Below, in pieces: positions 1-14,410 of a DNA stretch of 64,000 nt. A program made the translations under genes and the position numbers. The stretch comes from Oculina patagonica (taxonomy: Eukaryota): positions 25,730,001 through 25,794,000 of the forward strand of contig NC_135758.1 in NCBI RefSeq assembly GCF_052425735.1, read 5' to 3'. Under the pieces are notes generated by a model. The model did no database searches. It was not told where the DNA came from and saw only the letters and a program-made list of their open reading frames with translations. Within the stretch, counting starts at the first letter, position 1; every line of letters starts with the position of its first letter.

Positions 1-1433
1 AGGGTTAAGACGCCTCTAAGCCATGATAGCTTTGACGTACAAAGGGGGCAGGGGGTTATCCCCCCCTCCCCCCCCCCCCCCACCTTGATGTTTGTTGCGT
101 AATTGTTTTGAAACTTTCTGGAGCTGTACTGTGTTATTATGTGTTCACAATTTTCGACGTCGCCATGCCAACGTCATTATTACAAGCAGGTCTCGCCAAA
201 AATCGTCATATTGACATATTTCTTTATTTTTCCAGTGTTTTTTTAACAAAAAAATGTACTATTTGTTTGGTGTTTCTCTTCGTAAGCCTTTTGGCTTGAT
301 TTTGTATCAATTTTCGTTATTTTCTGTCATTCTAATGAAATGGTAAAATCCATGATGACGGATCCAAGATGGCGGCTTTTAGGTCGTTATAAAAGGCGTC
401 AAAGCCAACAACAATTATGTCATTATCTAGAGAAAGCTAACGGCTTTCTACTCTGTGCAAACAAATTTGATACGCATTGTTAGAACTAATACCACCACCC
501 ACCCACTCTTACAGATATTTCTAAAATTTTGTCTACAGGTAGTCAATCCACTATACTTTACATATCAAAAAATGAATATCAAGAATCAATCTAGATTTCG
601 AGAAAATCAAGCTTGTTTGAAAACAAAATAAAACGACGACCGTTGCTATGGTAACCTTTGTGACTAAGTGACCAGTAAGAAATTAAACTTTGGTCATACT
701 TGATCATTGTGGTGTATTTTGGCAAAAATCGAACATCGGCTTCCTACATAATTTTCATTTTCAAAATGACCACTCCAGGGCTAAAAAATCTACATCGAGC
801 CTCCTTAATCTTTTTTGTAAAAGTCAACAAAGCGACATCTGTCAAAAGCATGGCATATAGTAATAATACATGGCATCCGGTCTAAAGAAAACTGTTTGTC
901 TAAAAAAAGAACATGTCTAACAAAATTCGAGCAGAGGGTTACACATGCAAAAAAAATTCCTTCACAAGCAATGGGCGTAAAAAAATCATGCAAGCCAAAA
1001 ATCACCTCCCCCTATCACTTTTCTAATGGTCTGTCCCTACGGAAAGACTGGGCACTATTCTCAAGGGTCCGGAAAATCGGCATGAACTTAATTAAAGCCC
1101 CAGGGCATGACGCTGAATTTCCCATGCCCTTAAGATGTGTTTTGCTGGTAATGAATATTTCCATAACTACATGCCAAAAGAACCCAAAACGACTGTCTCC
1201 AGAAAAAGCTTGCAGATTGCAAGCTTTGCAATACTCTGCATACCGTGCTCGGTTCACGAGCAAGGTATGGAGAAGTTATTCTCATGCCCACAATAGCAAT
1301 TAGCCCGTTTTTTTATGTTTTTTTTTTTTTTTTTTTTTTTTCAAAAAGTTTACTTTCACAGACTCTACTTAGAATATTTCGACGGATTGGAAAACCAAGG
1401 TATATATTGCATTTTATTCAATTTTCTGCGCAG

Positions 1434-4400
1434 ACGTCCTGTGTATTGAGGTATGAAGGGATGTATGGAACGGCTGGCACTTATGCTGTAGCGCTGACTT
1501 TAGAAGACTTCCCAGCAGGAACTACAAACTTCGGTAGTATCAGGCCATTCAGCACTGTGGGGCTGCAGTTTCTTGTCATAATAAGTAGTAAGTCTGGCTC
1601 TTGTGATGAGATACCCGTGTTTACTGACTCCTCTCCACAAGATGGTGAATGTGTCGAGGTCCAGATTGGCTTGGCATATAAAGCAGTCATTGAAGTTCGG
1701 GTTGCAGACTATTCAAAACAGTACGTGATCGATATTTTTTGCGAGTCGTAAAGTTGCTATATATATAGTTATTAAATAATAATTTACGTTTCCTGTAAAC
1801 TGTTTTTATTTATGTTCATCTATTGCAGTCATTGCGTTAATAGCAGTTGGAAATAACACTAACTTTCAAAAACTTAAGGAGGGAAAAGAAAGAAAGCATC
1901 ATGTCAGTTTAGTATTGATTGCTTTGTTTTTATATCTTACTACCTTCAGCATTGTTGAGATAATCACATCTTCTCCACCCGGAATGTACCTCACTTCTTT
2001 ACGTTTTCATGGAGGGATCTACTACAGAAATGTCACGTGGTATCCTAACCAGAATCAAGTTGGGCAGCAGGTGTTCTGCTTTTGGGCAGTGGACTCAAAT
2101 GGGTAATGATAATTTTTATCGTTTATGAACTGTGACAAAGTCTACTTCTCAGTTTGTCGAAACGCCCGTCAACAACAACAGCAACGATATAGATTGCGTG
2201 CTTTCGCGCAGTATCGTGTAGACAATTAACGCGAATCCACAATCAACTTCCGATTTCTAAAATGTTACGCATGCTTTTTTTCCTTTTTTTTTAATTTTTT
2301 GTGCCACAGATTGGAAAGTGAAAGGCGATGTATCACAATTCTCGTGGGTCTTAGTAAGTATATTTCTGAAAATAAATAACAGTTAATTTTCAAATTTCCA
2401 ACATCAATATCCCAGTCTCCAAAACATGTAGAAGTAGTGTACATTATTTAAATTTGAAACACTTTTCCTTTTGTTCAAGCCTGATCCAGTTTAGGAAAAG
2501 CCGGAATTACCCAAATAGTACGAAATACGAAATGAAAAAAAAATATATTTTTTTTTTCGTTTTCTCGGAAAACAAGGTTGAAACAAGGTTGCAGTGAAGG
2601 CTAATGTGGGGGAATATCATTAAAATGAGCCTTGTGTCATTTGAATTTGAAACGATTCCCCCACATAAGCCTCTACTACAAGATTTTTTTTTGACCAACA
2701 CCGAGAATACGAGAATGGTCTATTAAGCAACCTTTGTAGAAATGTTAAATAGAAGAACCTTATTACCTTTTTATTAGGCTCTAAGACTCGACTGGTATTA
2801 TACGAAGTGGGAGCCTCTGTTCCCTCTATTATCACCTTAGGTTTAATATCTCATTAAATCCTTTTTAATTGTCACCCTTTCTTATTCTTATTGTAGTAAG
2901 TTAACCAAAAAACTACCTGTATCTGTACCCAATTTTAGTACAATTTTCAATTTGTACTAAGTTTTAGTCACGTTGTGCAAGGCTTGTTTAATATTGTAAT
3001 TCGTTTGTGTCTGTAGCATTGTAATTAAGTTCTTGTATGTATTATTGTCATTGTAATTTCTAAAAAAAAAAAAAAAATACAAAAAAAAAAAAAACCCGAC
3101 TGGTCAATTATAATAGCAACAGAAGCAGCTGTTGAATACGGAGTTTATTTTCTAGGTAACACTCCGCGAGTTATAATAGGAAGTCGCATGCCAAGAAATC
3201 CCGTCAGTAAGAGTGGACCTGGCTTTGTCCGGTGGAGCATTCAGTTTGACAGATTGGTAAGTTGGAATGGCAATTTTGTTAGCAGCATACTGACTACCAG
3301 TACCTTGGTTTACACTAGGCACCGCTAGCTAGGTTAGTGGAAAAAAAATTAATAAAGAAAATGAAAGATTTGTTAATTATTACAGATAAAGAAGCCGCGC
3401 ACCTCCTCGTACATCAGACTCGTCCTGTTGCCCAATGGACACACCATCTACAAAGTGGACACACTCTCTCAGTACGTCACAATCGACAGTAATCAGACCG
3501 CACTGCATTTTGAAATGCCGAATGCAGTGTTGAGCATGAATGGATCCTATGCAATCTTGATAGATCACGGTGCAGTGGTTGGACAGGGCTGTTCGTATGA
3601 TGGACCACCCACACCAGGCATCACATCTCTGAGCGACTGGAAATTCAATGTAGACGGCGTTTGTCCCACTGGGTATTACCTTGCCCCACCGGAATTTTCC
3701 AGCTGCGTTGGTACGTCAACTGACAGAATTAAATGTCTGACTGAGATTTTTGCTTACCATTATTTGCTACTTAACTTAATCATATGCTCAGTAAGCATTC
3801 TATGATTTGATTTAACTATTATCAGTTGAGAATCCAGCAAGGCCCGACGCAGACTTAAACTGAAATTAGTTTTACAGGTCGAATTGGTCGCACGAACCGG
3901 TACAAGAGTGTAAAATAAAACTTTCAATATCAGCTAAACCTGCATTCATATGACAATAAATTCTATTAGAGATTACGGGCTAAAAATATGGCCAATTTCT
4001 AACAAAATATATGTTTTTTACGTTAAACATACAACATCATCATTTAAAAAAAACATGAATTGTGAAATAAATCCTAAAAAGGATGTCTTTTAAAAGTTTC
4101 TATTGACTTGTTGCTGAACCAAATCGTCTCTTGGTAGTAATTGTTACATTCATTATGTTCACGGGGCGAAGAGTAGAACTTGCTCTGTGAGACGGCTATT
4201 ATTTCGTCATAAATAACAGCGAAAATCGTAGTTAAGAAGCCCAACTTGCTGTATAAATGAAATGTTTGTCACTACAAGGGGGTATTGAAAAAAATTATTA
4301 ATGTATATATCGCGATCATATATCCCAAAGGTTCCCACTAAAGTGCCATTTTTCAAGCTGGTTAGCTGTTGGTTAGCATATCAATTGTCATATTTCTTTC

Positions 4401-7400
4401 TCTTTTAGACATAAACGAGTGTGGAGCTCACTTAAGTTTCAAACAGAGCAACTCAGGTAATAAACGCTTTTGTAATGTACAGTGATTGCTGTGTTTCAAC
4501 CCTGTGTAGCCTGGGAAGGGGGGAGTGGGTTAGCTATAGGTGATGGTAAAAAGTGCTCGTGCTGATTTTAAACATATGAAAGGCATTCAATCAAAAACGA
4601 CCACACTTTGTGACATTTCCTAAGATTATCGGGGAACATTTGGGCGTGTCTATTAATTTTTCACTGATTTGCATTTCTATGGCAACCATGTTCACAAATT
4701 TCCGTTTTACATTCATGTTCATTTCAAAATATCACTATACAATTTTTTCCTATTAATGTTTAATCAATTTTGGAGGTTTTCTGACATCTTTAAAAATGAT
4801 CAGTTTCAAGATGACGGATCTAAGGTAGAGGACATTTTGATACGACTTAATAATTGACACGCGATTTTCAATTAAATAGACACTGCACATAAGTCTCGTT
4901 ACAATTGAGTAAAAAACTATTGGAGAAACATAGGGGACTTTTTCCAGGCTTAATAGGTTAATACTATACATTAACTTGAAATCAACTGACAGCAAGAAAA
5001 TGCGCAGCCGCCACATTGGAAGAGCATTGATAAATTGCGGTGTTTCAATCCATAGACTGCTTCAATAATGGTGCTGGTATTGCCAATTCCAGTATCATCC
5101 CTGATTATCAGATGAATGCTTCGTCCCAGTTAAGCCACTATTACCAGGCCGCTTATGGACGACTCAATGAAACGAGAGGTTTAAAAGCCTGGTGTGCGAG
5201 TTCATATGGAAGGAATGACGAATGGCTTCAAATTGATCTCGGCGAAACATTTCGAGCGTGTGGTCTTGCTACCCAAGGATACGGCGTTAGCAGCAGTGCA
5301 TATGTTAAAGCCTTCAAACTGCTTTACTCGGATGATGAAAAAAGATGGAAAACCTATCAAAATGGAAGTGGTGTGGAAGTGGTGAGTTTTATTTTAATCA
5401 ACAATAACAAGGAAATGGCATGGTAAAAATGGCGATATCATGGTCATTGTGATGGCAGTGTCTTCTTCTGATTTCATTTTAACGCATTTAATGTTCTTTT
5501 TATTTTTGTTAGCTGTCGTTTAAGTGTCTTTATAATTTAATAAAAAAATGAACACTAAAACTATCCCAAAACAAACGAACACTAAAACTAACCCTAATCG
5601 CATAAACAACAGTTTCAAGAAATGTTTTCCTACAGGTACTTAAAATTGAACGCAACAATGCCGAAAAGGATTATGTGTATTGGTAGTTTCGGTTACCCTT
5701 ACATGAATGAAATTCAAGGTGTTTTCAGCGGGAAGGAGGGAAAAATTTTCAATACACGCATCCATGCTTTTCTTTTCCATCGCGTTGAAGCACCGTGAAG
5801 TTCGATCAAGCAACAATAAACTAACGCTACAAGGAATTGTCCGATTGCGTACCCTTTTAAAGTGCTTATGAAGTTCCAAAAACTGCCTCTTATTTAAAAT
5901 GCTTTTCAAAATAAAGAAGAATGGTGTTTTTCTTTTTGAAATATCTTTTTTTTTATTTTTTACATTTTTGTATTATGCAAATAAGGAAAGTGATGGCGTC
6001 ATTACTTGCTCCTCAAAAGATAAAGCACTGAATCAAGAATATCTCTAGGAATATTTGTCCATTGTTCTGCAAACTTGGCACCAAAAAAAAACATTACAGA
6101 AGCCGCAAAATGACACCCGCTGTGCCATTGCCATGCATATGGTGACAGTTTTGCTGCAAGAACTGTTTTTTGTTTTAATTAAGACTGATTTTCCCAGTTT
6201 TTGCTTAAACAAAATATCATCCACTCCCAATAGGCCAATGAGGAGAGTAAAGGTAATATGGGCACAATTAGTGTTCCGATCAGGAGCCTCTGTCTCACTT
6301 TGAGAGGTTCCAAATGGATATATTTCGTTTATACCAGAAGGGGCTGGATCCAAGAGTGTTGCCATAGTAACATCATTACACGAGCCATCTTGCATATTTG
6401 GGGAAGGTCTCCACAGGGGCCTAGTTCAAAAATATAACTCTTATATTCCTTATTTATTTATCTTTCCTTATTTACATAACACATTAACTCGAATATCTCT
6501 AAATTGAAAGAAGATCTTTCAAAACGGAAACGTCATTATTCGTTATTTCTAAAAGCCTTTCAAATAAGCAGAACTTTATTTTTACTTCATAGACACTTTA
6601 AGCTTCTGCAGGACAACCTTTCTAGAAACACCTATGTATACTTGAAATGATGAACCTTGTTTTTCGTCTGTTTCAAAGGAATTTCACAGAAAAGGTGATG
6701 GTTGGACGATTGACCAACACATGTTGCCTCTCTCAGTGATTGCAAGATACTTTCGCTTTAATCCAACTCAGCGAAATGGTTATAACTGTCTACGAGTGGA
6801 GATCTATGGAACCTTTAGTGAGTTTTCGCCGTTATTTTAATTTATTGTGGTTTATTGAGACTCTCGAGTGAATAAGTTTTGTTAGCAGGAAAGGATAATA
6901 CAAATTACTCCTGACGGAAGCAAGTTTTTCCTTTCTTTTTTTTAGTTTATTTTTAACTAGTTTACTTATTTCTTCAATATGTTTGAAACGTGTTACTAAG
7001 GGTTGAATCTGGAGTGGTATAAAGCAGATTGATAGAGCAACCTTAAAAAATAATCTGTTACGTCGTAGAAGGGGCTTTTAAAGATAAAGCAATGTTAAGT
7101 TACAATAAGGTCTGGGTGGTGGTTGCGGTGGTTGCTGGGGCGATTATGTCCCACGCGATCAGTTATTTTTAAATAAAATATTATTTCTATGTAGTTTCTT
7201 TAGCTCTTCCCATAGTCCTTTATTTTACACAACAGACTAAGATTGCTTTTCTTCTTCATGGCAATTTACCTGTCTCAGTAATATGTCTGTAGGTACCTTT
7301 CGAATTCTTGTTAGAGTGAATAGTTATCACACTCCTTCACTTGATCACGAGAGTTATCTAATTCATACGAAGTGGTGCGGTTCATTACAGGAGACATACA

Positions 7401-10400
7401 ATCCATACCATTGGAACAAATGTTGCGTAAATGTGGTAGTCGATTCGTTGAAGTTCCGTAAACTGCATCTCCCTAAACTGAGGGACTTGAATATTTTTAC
7501 GTTTAAGTCCAAGGTTGAAGTAAAACCGTTTGTTGAATCGTCCTCGCTTGGCTTTTAGTTGGGGATATTAGAAGGAGCAATCACTTACGAACAGGCAATT
7601 GCGATAACACTGGTACTGTTGGTACCTTCCACCAGCAAGAACAAGTTAACTACCATCTTTAATTTGTGAAGCTGAGATAAGTTAAGAAAGCTGTGCTCTC
7701 AAGGGAGTCAAAAAAATCTTTCCTTTCGACCGTCGAACCAGCTACGTTTGTGATGTTATTGGGTAATGTACATTATACTTTTCTTACACAGCCCATTCCG
7801 ACTTCGAGTTCCATGTTCCATCAGATTGTAATCAAGCCTGCAGCAACACTCCAGGCAGCTACATTTGCTCCTGTGTCAGTGGATATCGACTGGATTCGGA
7901 TGGAAAATCTTGCATAGGTGACATTCGTTATTATAACCACCATTCTCATGTTATACGCTGGAAACTTGAAGTATTCAAGTCGTACGGCTACGTCTTTTTT
8001 TTCGTGGAGTTTTTTACTTCAGATTTGGACCTGCGCATACACTATGAGGAGATCGGCCCTCTTGACGTATTCTTTGAGTTGAATAGTTTTCGGATAAATT
8101 ATAGTTAAAGTCATCATCAGTCATCATCGTGACAATTGTATCCCTCGAACAATAACTCTTTCCCGTTGCTGGCTAAAAAATAAATAAACGTTAGGGATCA
8201 GATTGCTGTTATACGTAATTATATGAATCACACAAATTTGGTTTGAAAACTCGTACTCGTACCCAATTTCGTACACGTAGTCTAATCTAAAGGTGCCTCT
8301 TATTAGCTGTAATTTTATCACTAGTTGTTTATCAACCAATTATTTGTATACATTTTCCCCGCAGACGTTAACGAATGTGCCGCCAACAACGGCGGCTGCA
8401 GTCACCACTGCTTCAATATCCCTGGATCGTTTTACTGTGGATGTCCTGAGGGAGTAACTATGGCGTCCAACAATTTGACCTGTGTTGGTAAGTAAAGGCA
8501 CTTGGGATAGAAAATAAAAATAACACTCAGAAAGGAATTATTTTTTCACCAATATTTACTCATTTTTGTTAAGAACATTTTGTAGAGTTTTTCAGCTCAT
8601 TCACGCAAACTATTTAAGATCATAAAGGACTTAAGTCAGCCACCGCCATTTTCGATGTCAACCAGTTTATGAAAACTGTGTGGCGAAGCCTAATCTCTTT
8701 TTAAAATTGCTGTAGGTTGTGTTACTGGGAGTCTGTTTAATTGCCTTTAGCAGTTTGACAGTGATCTCTTTCGTTTAAACACGCATTCATAAATTATAAC
8801 ACCGAAACTCTCTTCTGTAAACAAAAACAAAAGCGTGGCTGACTAGGGTCCTTTAACTTTTTAAACACTCCATTTCATTTCAGACGCTAGCATGAGTATT
8901 ACATGCAGTGACAACAACATGACGGTGTCCTTAGAAAAGCGAACATTCAAGTTCTTTGAAGTCAGCCAACTGCACCTACGCTATGCTTCATGTAGAGCCA
9001 CACAGAATTCCACACACTTGCTGATCAGTACTCCTCTCAATGGCTGTGGGACGCTGGTGAACGAAACAGAAGATGCTCTTATGTTCTGGAATGAAGTCTT
9101 GGCAGATGCCGTGATCGTCGACTATGTCGTCACTCGAACACATGACATCAAAATTCCATTCTACTGCAGCTATCCCAGGAAGACCTTACTAAGCCTAAGC
9201 TTCACACCTCAGAGAATTTACTTTGGAACTGAAGGTGCTACAATGATGTTAACTCTTCAATATTCTAGGATTCTGTTTCCTTTCATCTGTCTCAGGGTCG
9301 TAACCAGACCTTTACCATAGGCGAGGCAAGAATTTGTTACGGGGCTCAGGGGGCATGCCCTCCAGAAAATTGTGAAATCTAGAAGCCCTGAAACTCTTTC
9401 AGAGACATTTCTGTGCGTATTTCTTGAGAAAAAATCAATCTTGTTCATCTGGGGGTTATTTTCTCAACAAAACATATTTTGTTTTAATTTTAAGCAATAA
9501 TCTAGACGAGGCAGTGCCTCGTCTTGCCGTCGGAACTGCGTCTAGTTGAACATATAGAAATCTTTCTTAGGTTTTTAGTATCTTTCCTCTTTTGTGGAAG
9601 ACTGACACTTTCAGGTGGGTTTTTTATCGTTATAGGTCAGTTCGAGTCATTTCTCTGCACTCTACACATAGTCGTAAAGCATTTTTCAATACGCTTGTAG
9701 ATGTATACGAAGTTAATCAAACTTTAGTTTTGATCTAAATCTTAATCGGTGCCAAATCCTGTAAAGTTTATCTTTGTTTTGGAGCTATTGCTTTACTGCT
9801 CTATACTGTTTTTAGTTTTATTTTAGTTAATTTTGAGTTTTATATAGGCTTTTACACCGAGGATGAGTTTTATTTTTGTTTCCATTGTTTTACTCACAAC
9901 CAAACAACTTTAGTCATAGTAACGTTTTCTGGCTTTCAAACGTTATCTCCATACTCTAGCGGGATACGGGAACTTCTCATTCAAAATGGACTTCTACAAG
10001 AGTTCAACATTTTCCACGCCTTACACTGATGGGGACTACCCACTGGAAGTGGAGCTCAATGATTATGTGTATGTGAGGTTCAGCGTGGAGTCCAGTGCTG
10101 ACCTGGTGATAATGGCGGAAAACTGTAAGGCCACTAAATATGGAAGTTTTTATTCCTGGCCACAATACACCATAATACAGAACGGGTAAGTACATATATG
10201 CGTTCTATAATAATCACTTCCTTTTGTTTGAAAGAGCTTGGAGCTACTTCTTAACAAATCCAGCCCACCAAACTTTCAAGTTCGTACACGATATTCCGTT
10301 TCAGCCCATTCAGGCATGTAACCTTTTGGTTATTTTTTCTTTGATGTTTTCTCGACTTCATGGACTTCATGGCAATGCTGCACATCGTAAAAAATACAAA

Positions 10401-12918
10401 TAGTATATCTTTATAATGGCAGTTGTCAGATTCTCATTTATATTTTTCTGACAAATGACACAACTGTTTTAAAGAGGCTGCGTCGACTCAGAGACAACAC
10501 ATTTAAAAAAATTGCAAAGTTTTTCAAAATTGTCGTTTACAATTTGTCTTAATCTTTTTTTCAGTCGGAACCATTCTTGGTTATTTTTGTCTTTTTATTA
10601 CTCTCGTGTTGTTGTTCTTTGTTAGAAAAGTATTATTTTGAGGTTTCCTTCAATTTGAAAGGAATCAGAAAGATGACTTTATATACCGTGACATTGTTCC
10701 TTTAAGTCTTATCTGAAAATTGTTTGTATGATTCAATCACTGAGTGGTTAACGAAGTTAAGAAGAAGGCCTGAACTACTTCAAAACACTTTGCTACACTC
10801 CGTGCCTGTTATTTGGCAATATAATTTTAAAAATGGTACGTCCTTGCTTGGTTATCGACAGCATATATGGTTGATGTGCTAAGGCGCGTGCCTTGAACAT
10901 GCTTAAAAGAAGGGACGTTTAAAATTTCCTTATCTTTTCCAATAGGTGTCCGCGAGATACGACACTGGATTACAGTTACGATCCGACCCGAAGTTTCCAA
11001 CAATTTAAGTTCAAAACATTCAGATTTTTCAACGACTATGACACGGTGTACTTTCATTGTGAGTTGTTGGCCTGTCATCGTTATTCGCCCAACTCCAGGT
11101 AAGTTTTTAAGACATTTACCTGTAGAAAAATAACACTACTCAGAATAAGTACACAATAGAGTTACAAAAGAATTTTTCGACCTTAAATTCTAACAAGCGT
11201 GAAGCGTATAAAAAAAAAACAAAGAATGACTTTGAAATTGCGCCTCCAGTCAAAAATCATTCAGATTAAGCATACATGCAAATAACTGCACCATGCAGAT
11301 AGGTTTGTTTGGCAATTCTTTCTTAAGGGCCTGTTTACATGATTCCGGCATGACTTTCATTCCGGAACGGAATATGAAGTTCGCTCTGCATTCGCATAAC
11401 AAAGTCTTCCGGATCAACCTAAGGCGTTTTAACGTGCGCGGTTTCCGCGCGAGATCAAAACCAAAATAGTGTGGCCCATGATTTGCGCAAATATGTTATT
11501 GTGGCCATTTATGGCCATATCTGTAATTTTAATGAGACAGTTGGACATAGGGCTGCTCTCTAAACGGAAAATAGTAGCACGCACGTTTTTTCGCTTTGAG
11601 TTCAAACTGTGGCCTTCGGTTTCATGAAATGCGGTTTCATCTCGGAACGAAGTTCGTTTTCAGTCTACATAATACCAGAATGAGATGTCATTCCAGAACG
11701 AAAATTACATTCCGAAATCAAAACCAGAATAAACTCATCACTAACTTGTGCAGGAACAAAATTTCGCCTCGGTATCATGTAAACAGATACAGAGAAATAT
11801 ATGGGGAAGGAATGAAATTGAACTCGTTCCGAAATGAAAGTCATTCCGGTATCATATAAACAAGCCCTAAGTTACTACGTCCAATCGACTAATTTAGATA
11901 GGCTTTTACCGTTTTATTGCGTCAATTACTAGGGTACGGTACATTAGGGTAGGGTACATTTTGCTCCCATGGTCTGATGACGTGGTTTTCTTTTTATTTG
12001 TTCGTTTGATTGTTAAATATGTCAGTCGTATCACTCATCAACTGAATAATTTATAGGTGCAGCGCAGGCTGTTCAGCAAACAACAAAAGAAAGAGAAGAG
12101 AGGTGACTCGTGACGAGGTAAAACATGACGAAAGCACCACCAAGCAAGTTCTCACCGGTGGTCCCCTGGTAATTAAAGAAACAAAGGAATCCGCAGGTAA
12201 CTTACATGAACAAAATGCATTTTTATCCTCCGCGTAATGCAAAGCCGTCAAATTTTTGAGTAGATAGGTCTACTTTTCTGACAATCTCGATTGCTCTTAG
12301 TAGAAACAACCAAGCCTCGTATTAATGACTGGCAACAACGGTAACGCAATTTTAGGCAATTTTGGCGCTGACCAACTGTTCATAGAATTAATTGAAATAT
12401 CACAATGACGGCTTAAATCTGCAGAAAGACTCAAGCGAAACACAGAAAGGCCAAAGAGGGGCGTGGATGGAAAAAAAAGTCGAGAAGATTAAAACGGATT
12501 GCGTTCGGGTAAACTTGAAAAACGTCGGCCCGACGTTTATCAAGTTTATCTCATTCTGCATGAAAGTGTCATTTACAATGCTCGAAAATCATCCTTGTTT
12601 GTTATGTGGCCGTGATTTTTCCTCCGTGATCAATCGTTTACCCATCTTAAATAATGCGCTTATTTGGTGTTTATAGAACCTGGCAATCCTGGCAAAAGCA
12701 AACAAGCTGCACTGATTGGTGGCGTGGCAGCCGCTGGTGGGTTTGGTCTGATTGCAGTCGCAGCCCTGGCTGTTGTGTTTATAAAGTACCGCATTGCACG
12801 ACGGTTTATGAACAGAAACAAAGTCGGGGACCTGTACACCACCCAAGATGAGCAAATGGGCAGACAGAACGCTTACATCCAGGAAGACGACATGATCGAA
12901 AAGAATGACGTCATGTAG
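1434..12918 (+). CDS. Uromodulin-like type I membrane ZP-domain protein (N-terminal uncharacterised and Ig-like domains, cbEGF with nested F5/8 type C, cbEGF, ZP-N/ZP-C, furin site, TM); 5' end outside window
   Basis: 15 GT-AG exons join in frame (927 aa to TAG): 1434-1720, 1950-2102, 2310-2353, 3156-3256, 3386-3710, 4409-4456, 5056-5381, 6679-6817, 7792-7917, 8365-8487, 8884-9234, 9960-10185, 10946-11098, 12057-12196, 12677-12918. Motifs: DINEC and DVNECAANNGGCSHHC (cbEGF); AWCASS..EWLQIDLG..ATQG..CLRVEIYG (discoidin); ITCSDNNMTVSL..LNGCGT and FRFFNDYDTVYFHCELLAC (ZP); KRKRR furin site; hydrophobic TM; AATAAA at 13612. Confidence 0.92.
5861..6597. mobile_element. Kolobok-like non-autonomous DNA transposon (intronic)
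   Basis: Imperfect TIR AGTGCTTATGAAGT / ACTTCATAGACACT with TTAA on both sides. Confidence 0.65.
8626..8852. mobile_element. Kolobok-like MITE (same family as 28631-29048)
   Basis: Termini AGGACTTAAGTCAGCC / GGCTGACTAGGGTCCT followed by TTAA; internal sequence matches 28631-29048 in opposite orientation. Confidence 0.6.
10473..10701. mobile_element. Kolobok-like MITE, degenerate (family shared with 52314-52541)
   Basis: Shares internal sequence and the right terminus CGTGACA..G.TCCT-TTAA with the 52.3-52.5 kb copy. Confidence 0.45.
11327..11867. mobile_element. PIF/Harbinger-like MITE (intronic)
   Basis: About 40-bp imperfect TIR GGGCCTGTTTACATGATTCCGG... / ...CCGGTATCATATAAACAAGCCC with TAA target duplication. 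Confidence 0.7.
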
Positions 12919-14410
12919 GGCGCTGAAATGTGCGGTTGAAGTATTTTAGTGTAGAACCGTAATGGCGACGTATAACCTTGTAATTTCTTTAACATATAGT
13001 GCATGAAAATTGTCATGACATGACGATAGTAGATTATGGTACGTAAGCTTAGCTCCAAGGGACTGTAGATGATTGTATCTTATGGATCCATCCATTCTAA
13101 GTCACATCGGAAATGGCATTTAAGCTAAGTATTGCCAGATATTATTCTTTGTATTCAGGTAGCTCTTGACTAAATAAGAGTCACGTTTAGTTGTTGACGG
13201 ATTATAAATTGCAAACCCGATTTAAAATAAGTTAAGGTAAGGCCATATGACAAGCAAAAAAAATTGAAGTTGATGTAGTCGTAAGAATTGGAATTGAATT
13301 TCTTTTTATTTGGATAGTTAGCAATGTTTAATTGCTTCATAATCATTTATGCAAAAACACAGTCACATGGCGATTTAATATAGACTAAGCTTAGATTTTA
13401 TTATTAATCAACTGTAGTCTTTACTATATTTTGGCTTGCACGTGACGTCACCGCTGCGAATTTGGTAAGCATTACAGAAAAAGATTTCTGTTGTTCCAGC
13501 AACATGCGTGCTACCATGTCATTGCCAGTTTGAAAGCTTTGAGACTTATCATGTAACTAACCATAATTTTTGACATTATATGCAATGTAACACTATATAC
13601 CAGCAATAATCAATAAAAATATACTCATTCAAAACAGTTGAATATACTAAAGACTTGTTAGGAACTGGGCATTCGTTGCACCAGTAGCCGTTCCTTCAGC
13701 ACCCCTGGTAAGGGGTTATCATAAACCAGCCAGCTTAAATGCATTCTATTTTAAATTCATGGTCGGCAACAAATTGTCAAGATGCCCACATATGGTCAGT
13801 TAGTCCTTGCTATTAGTAATCCGTAATCGGCATCCTAATATGCGCATCGAAAGTTTGACAAAATGCGTCCGACTTCTTGGCAAGGGCTGCATAACCACAA
13901 CTTATGTACCTGTAATAATTCGCTTCGTTGAGAATTTGTTGAATAATTAATGAAACAATCGATAGTTAAAAATATCATCTACCACATTCGCCGACACACT
14001 GAGGTGAATCATTGTTTTAGTATTTGCCAAACATGTTGAATAACTAGCAGACCAAAACATCACTTTCGGTAAACAAAGCGACACGCGAAGGCAGTTTGTT
14101 TCTCTTTAGCTGCTCGGAGGTGAATGCAGTACTTTGCTTATCATCTCCGAGTTAACCAATCAGCGCGCGCGTAAAGCACTAGCAAATCGCGTCCGCAATT
14201 GCAAAGAAATCCATTCTCTGGAATCTGTGATAAACGACGTCGCAAATCCCATTATTACCAGCAGGAAACTGTCGCAGATTTTGTGCGTTAAGAAAAACAG
14301 CCCCGACCGACAACACGCAATGCGTTGCATTTTCAATTTTTTTTCAATGGGATTTGTGTGATGCAAATTATTTCGGATCTACTGCCCTACATACATGTCT
14401 TATATACATC

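Noticed and set aside
896-1303. 135-aa ORF as an upstream exon of the ZP gene
   Set aside because: It overlaps a MITE-like end, and no convincing exon compatible with the phase-0 acceptor at 1434 was found.
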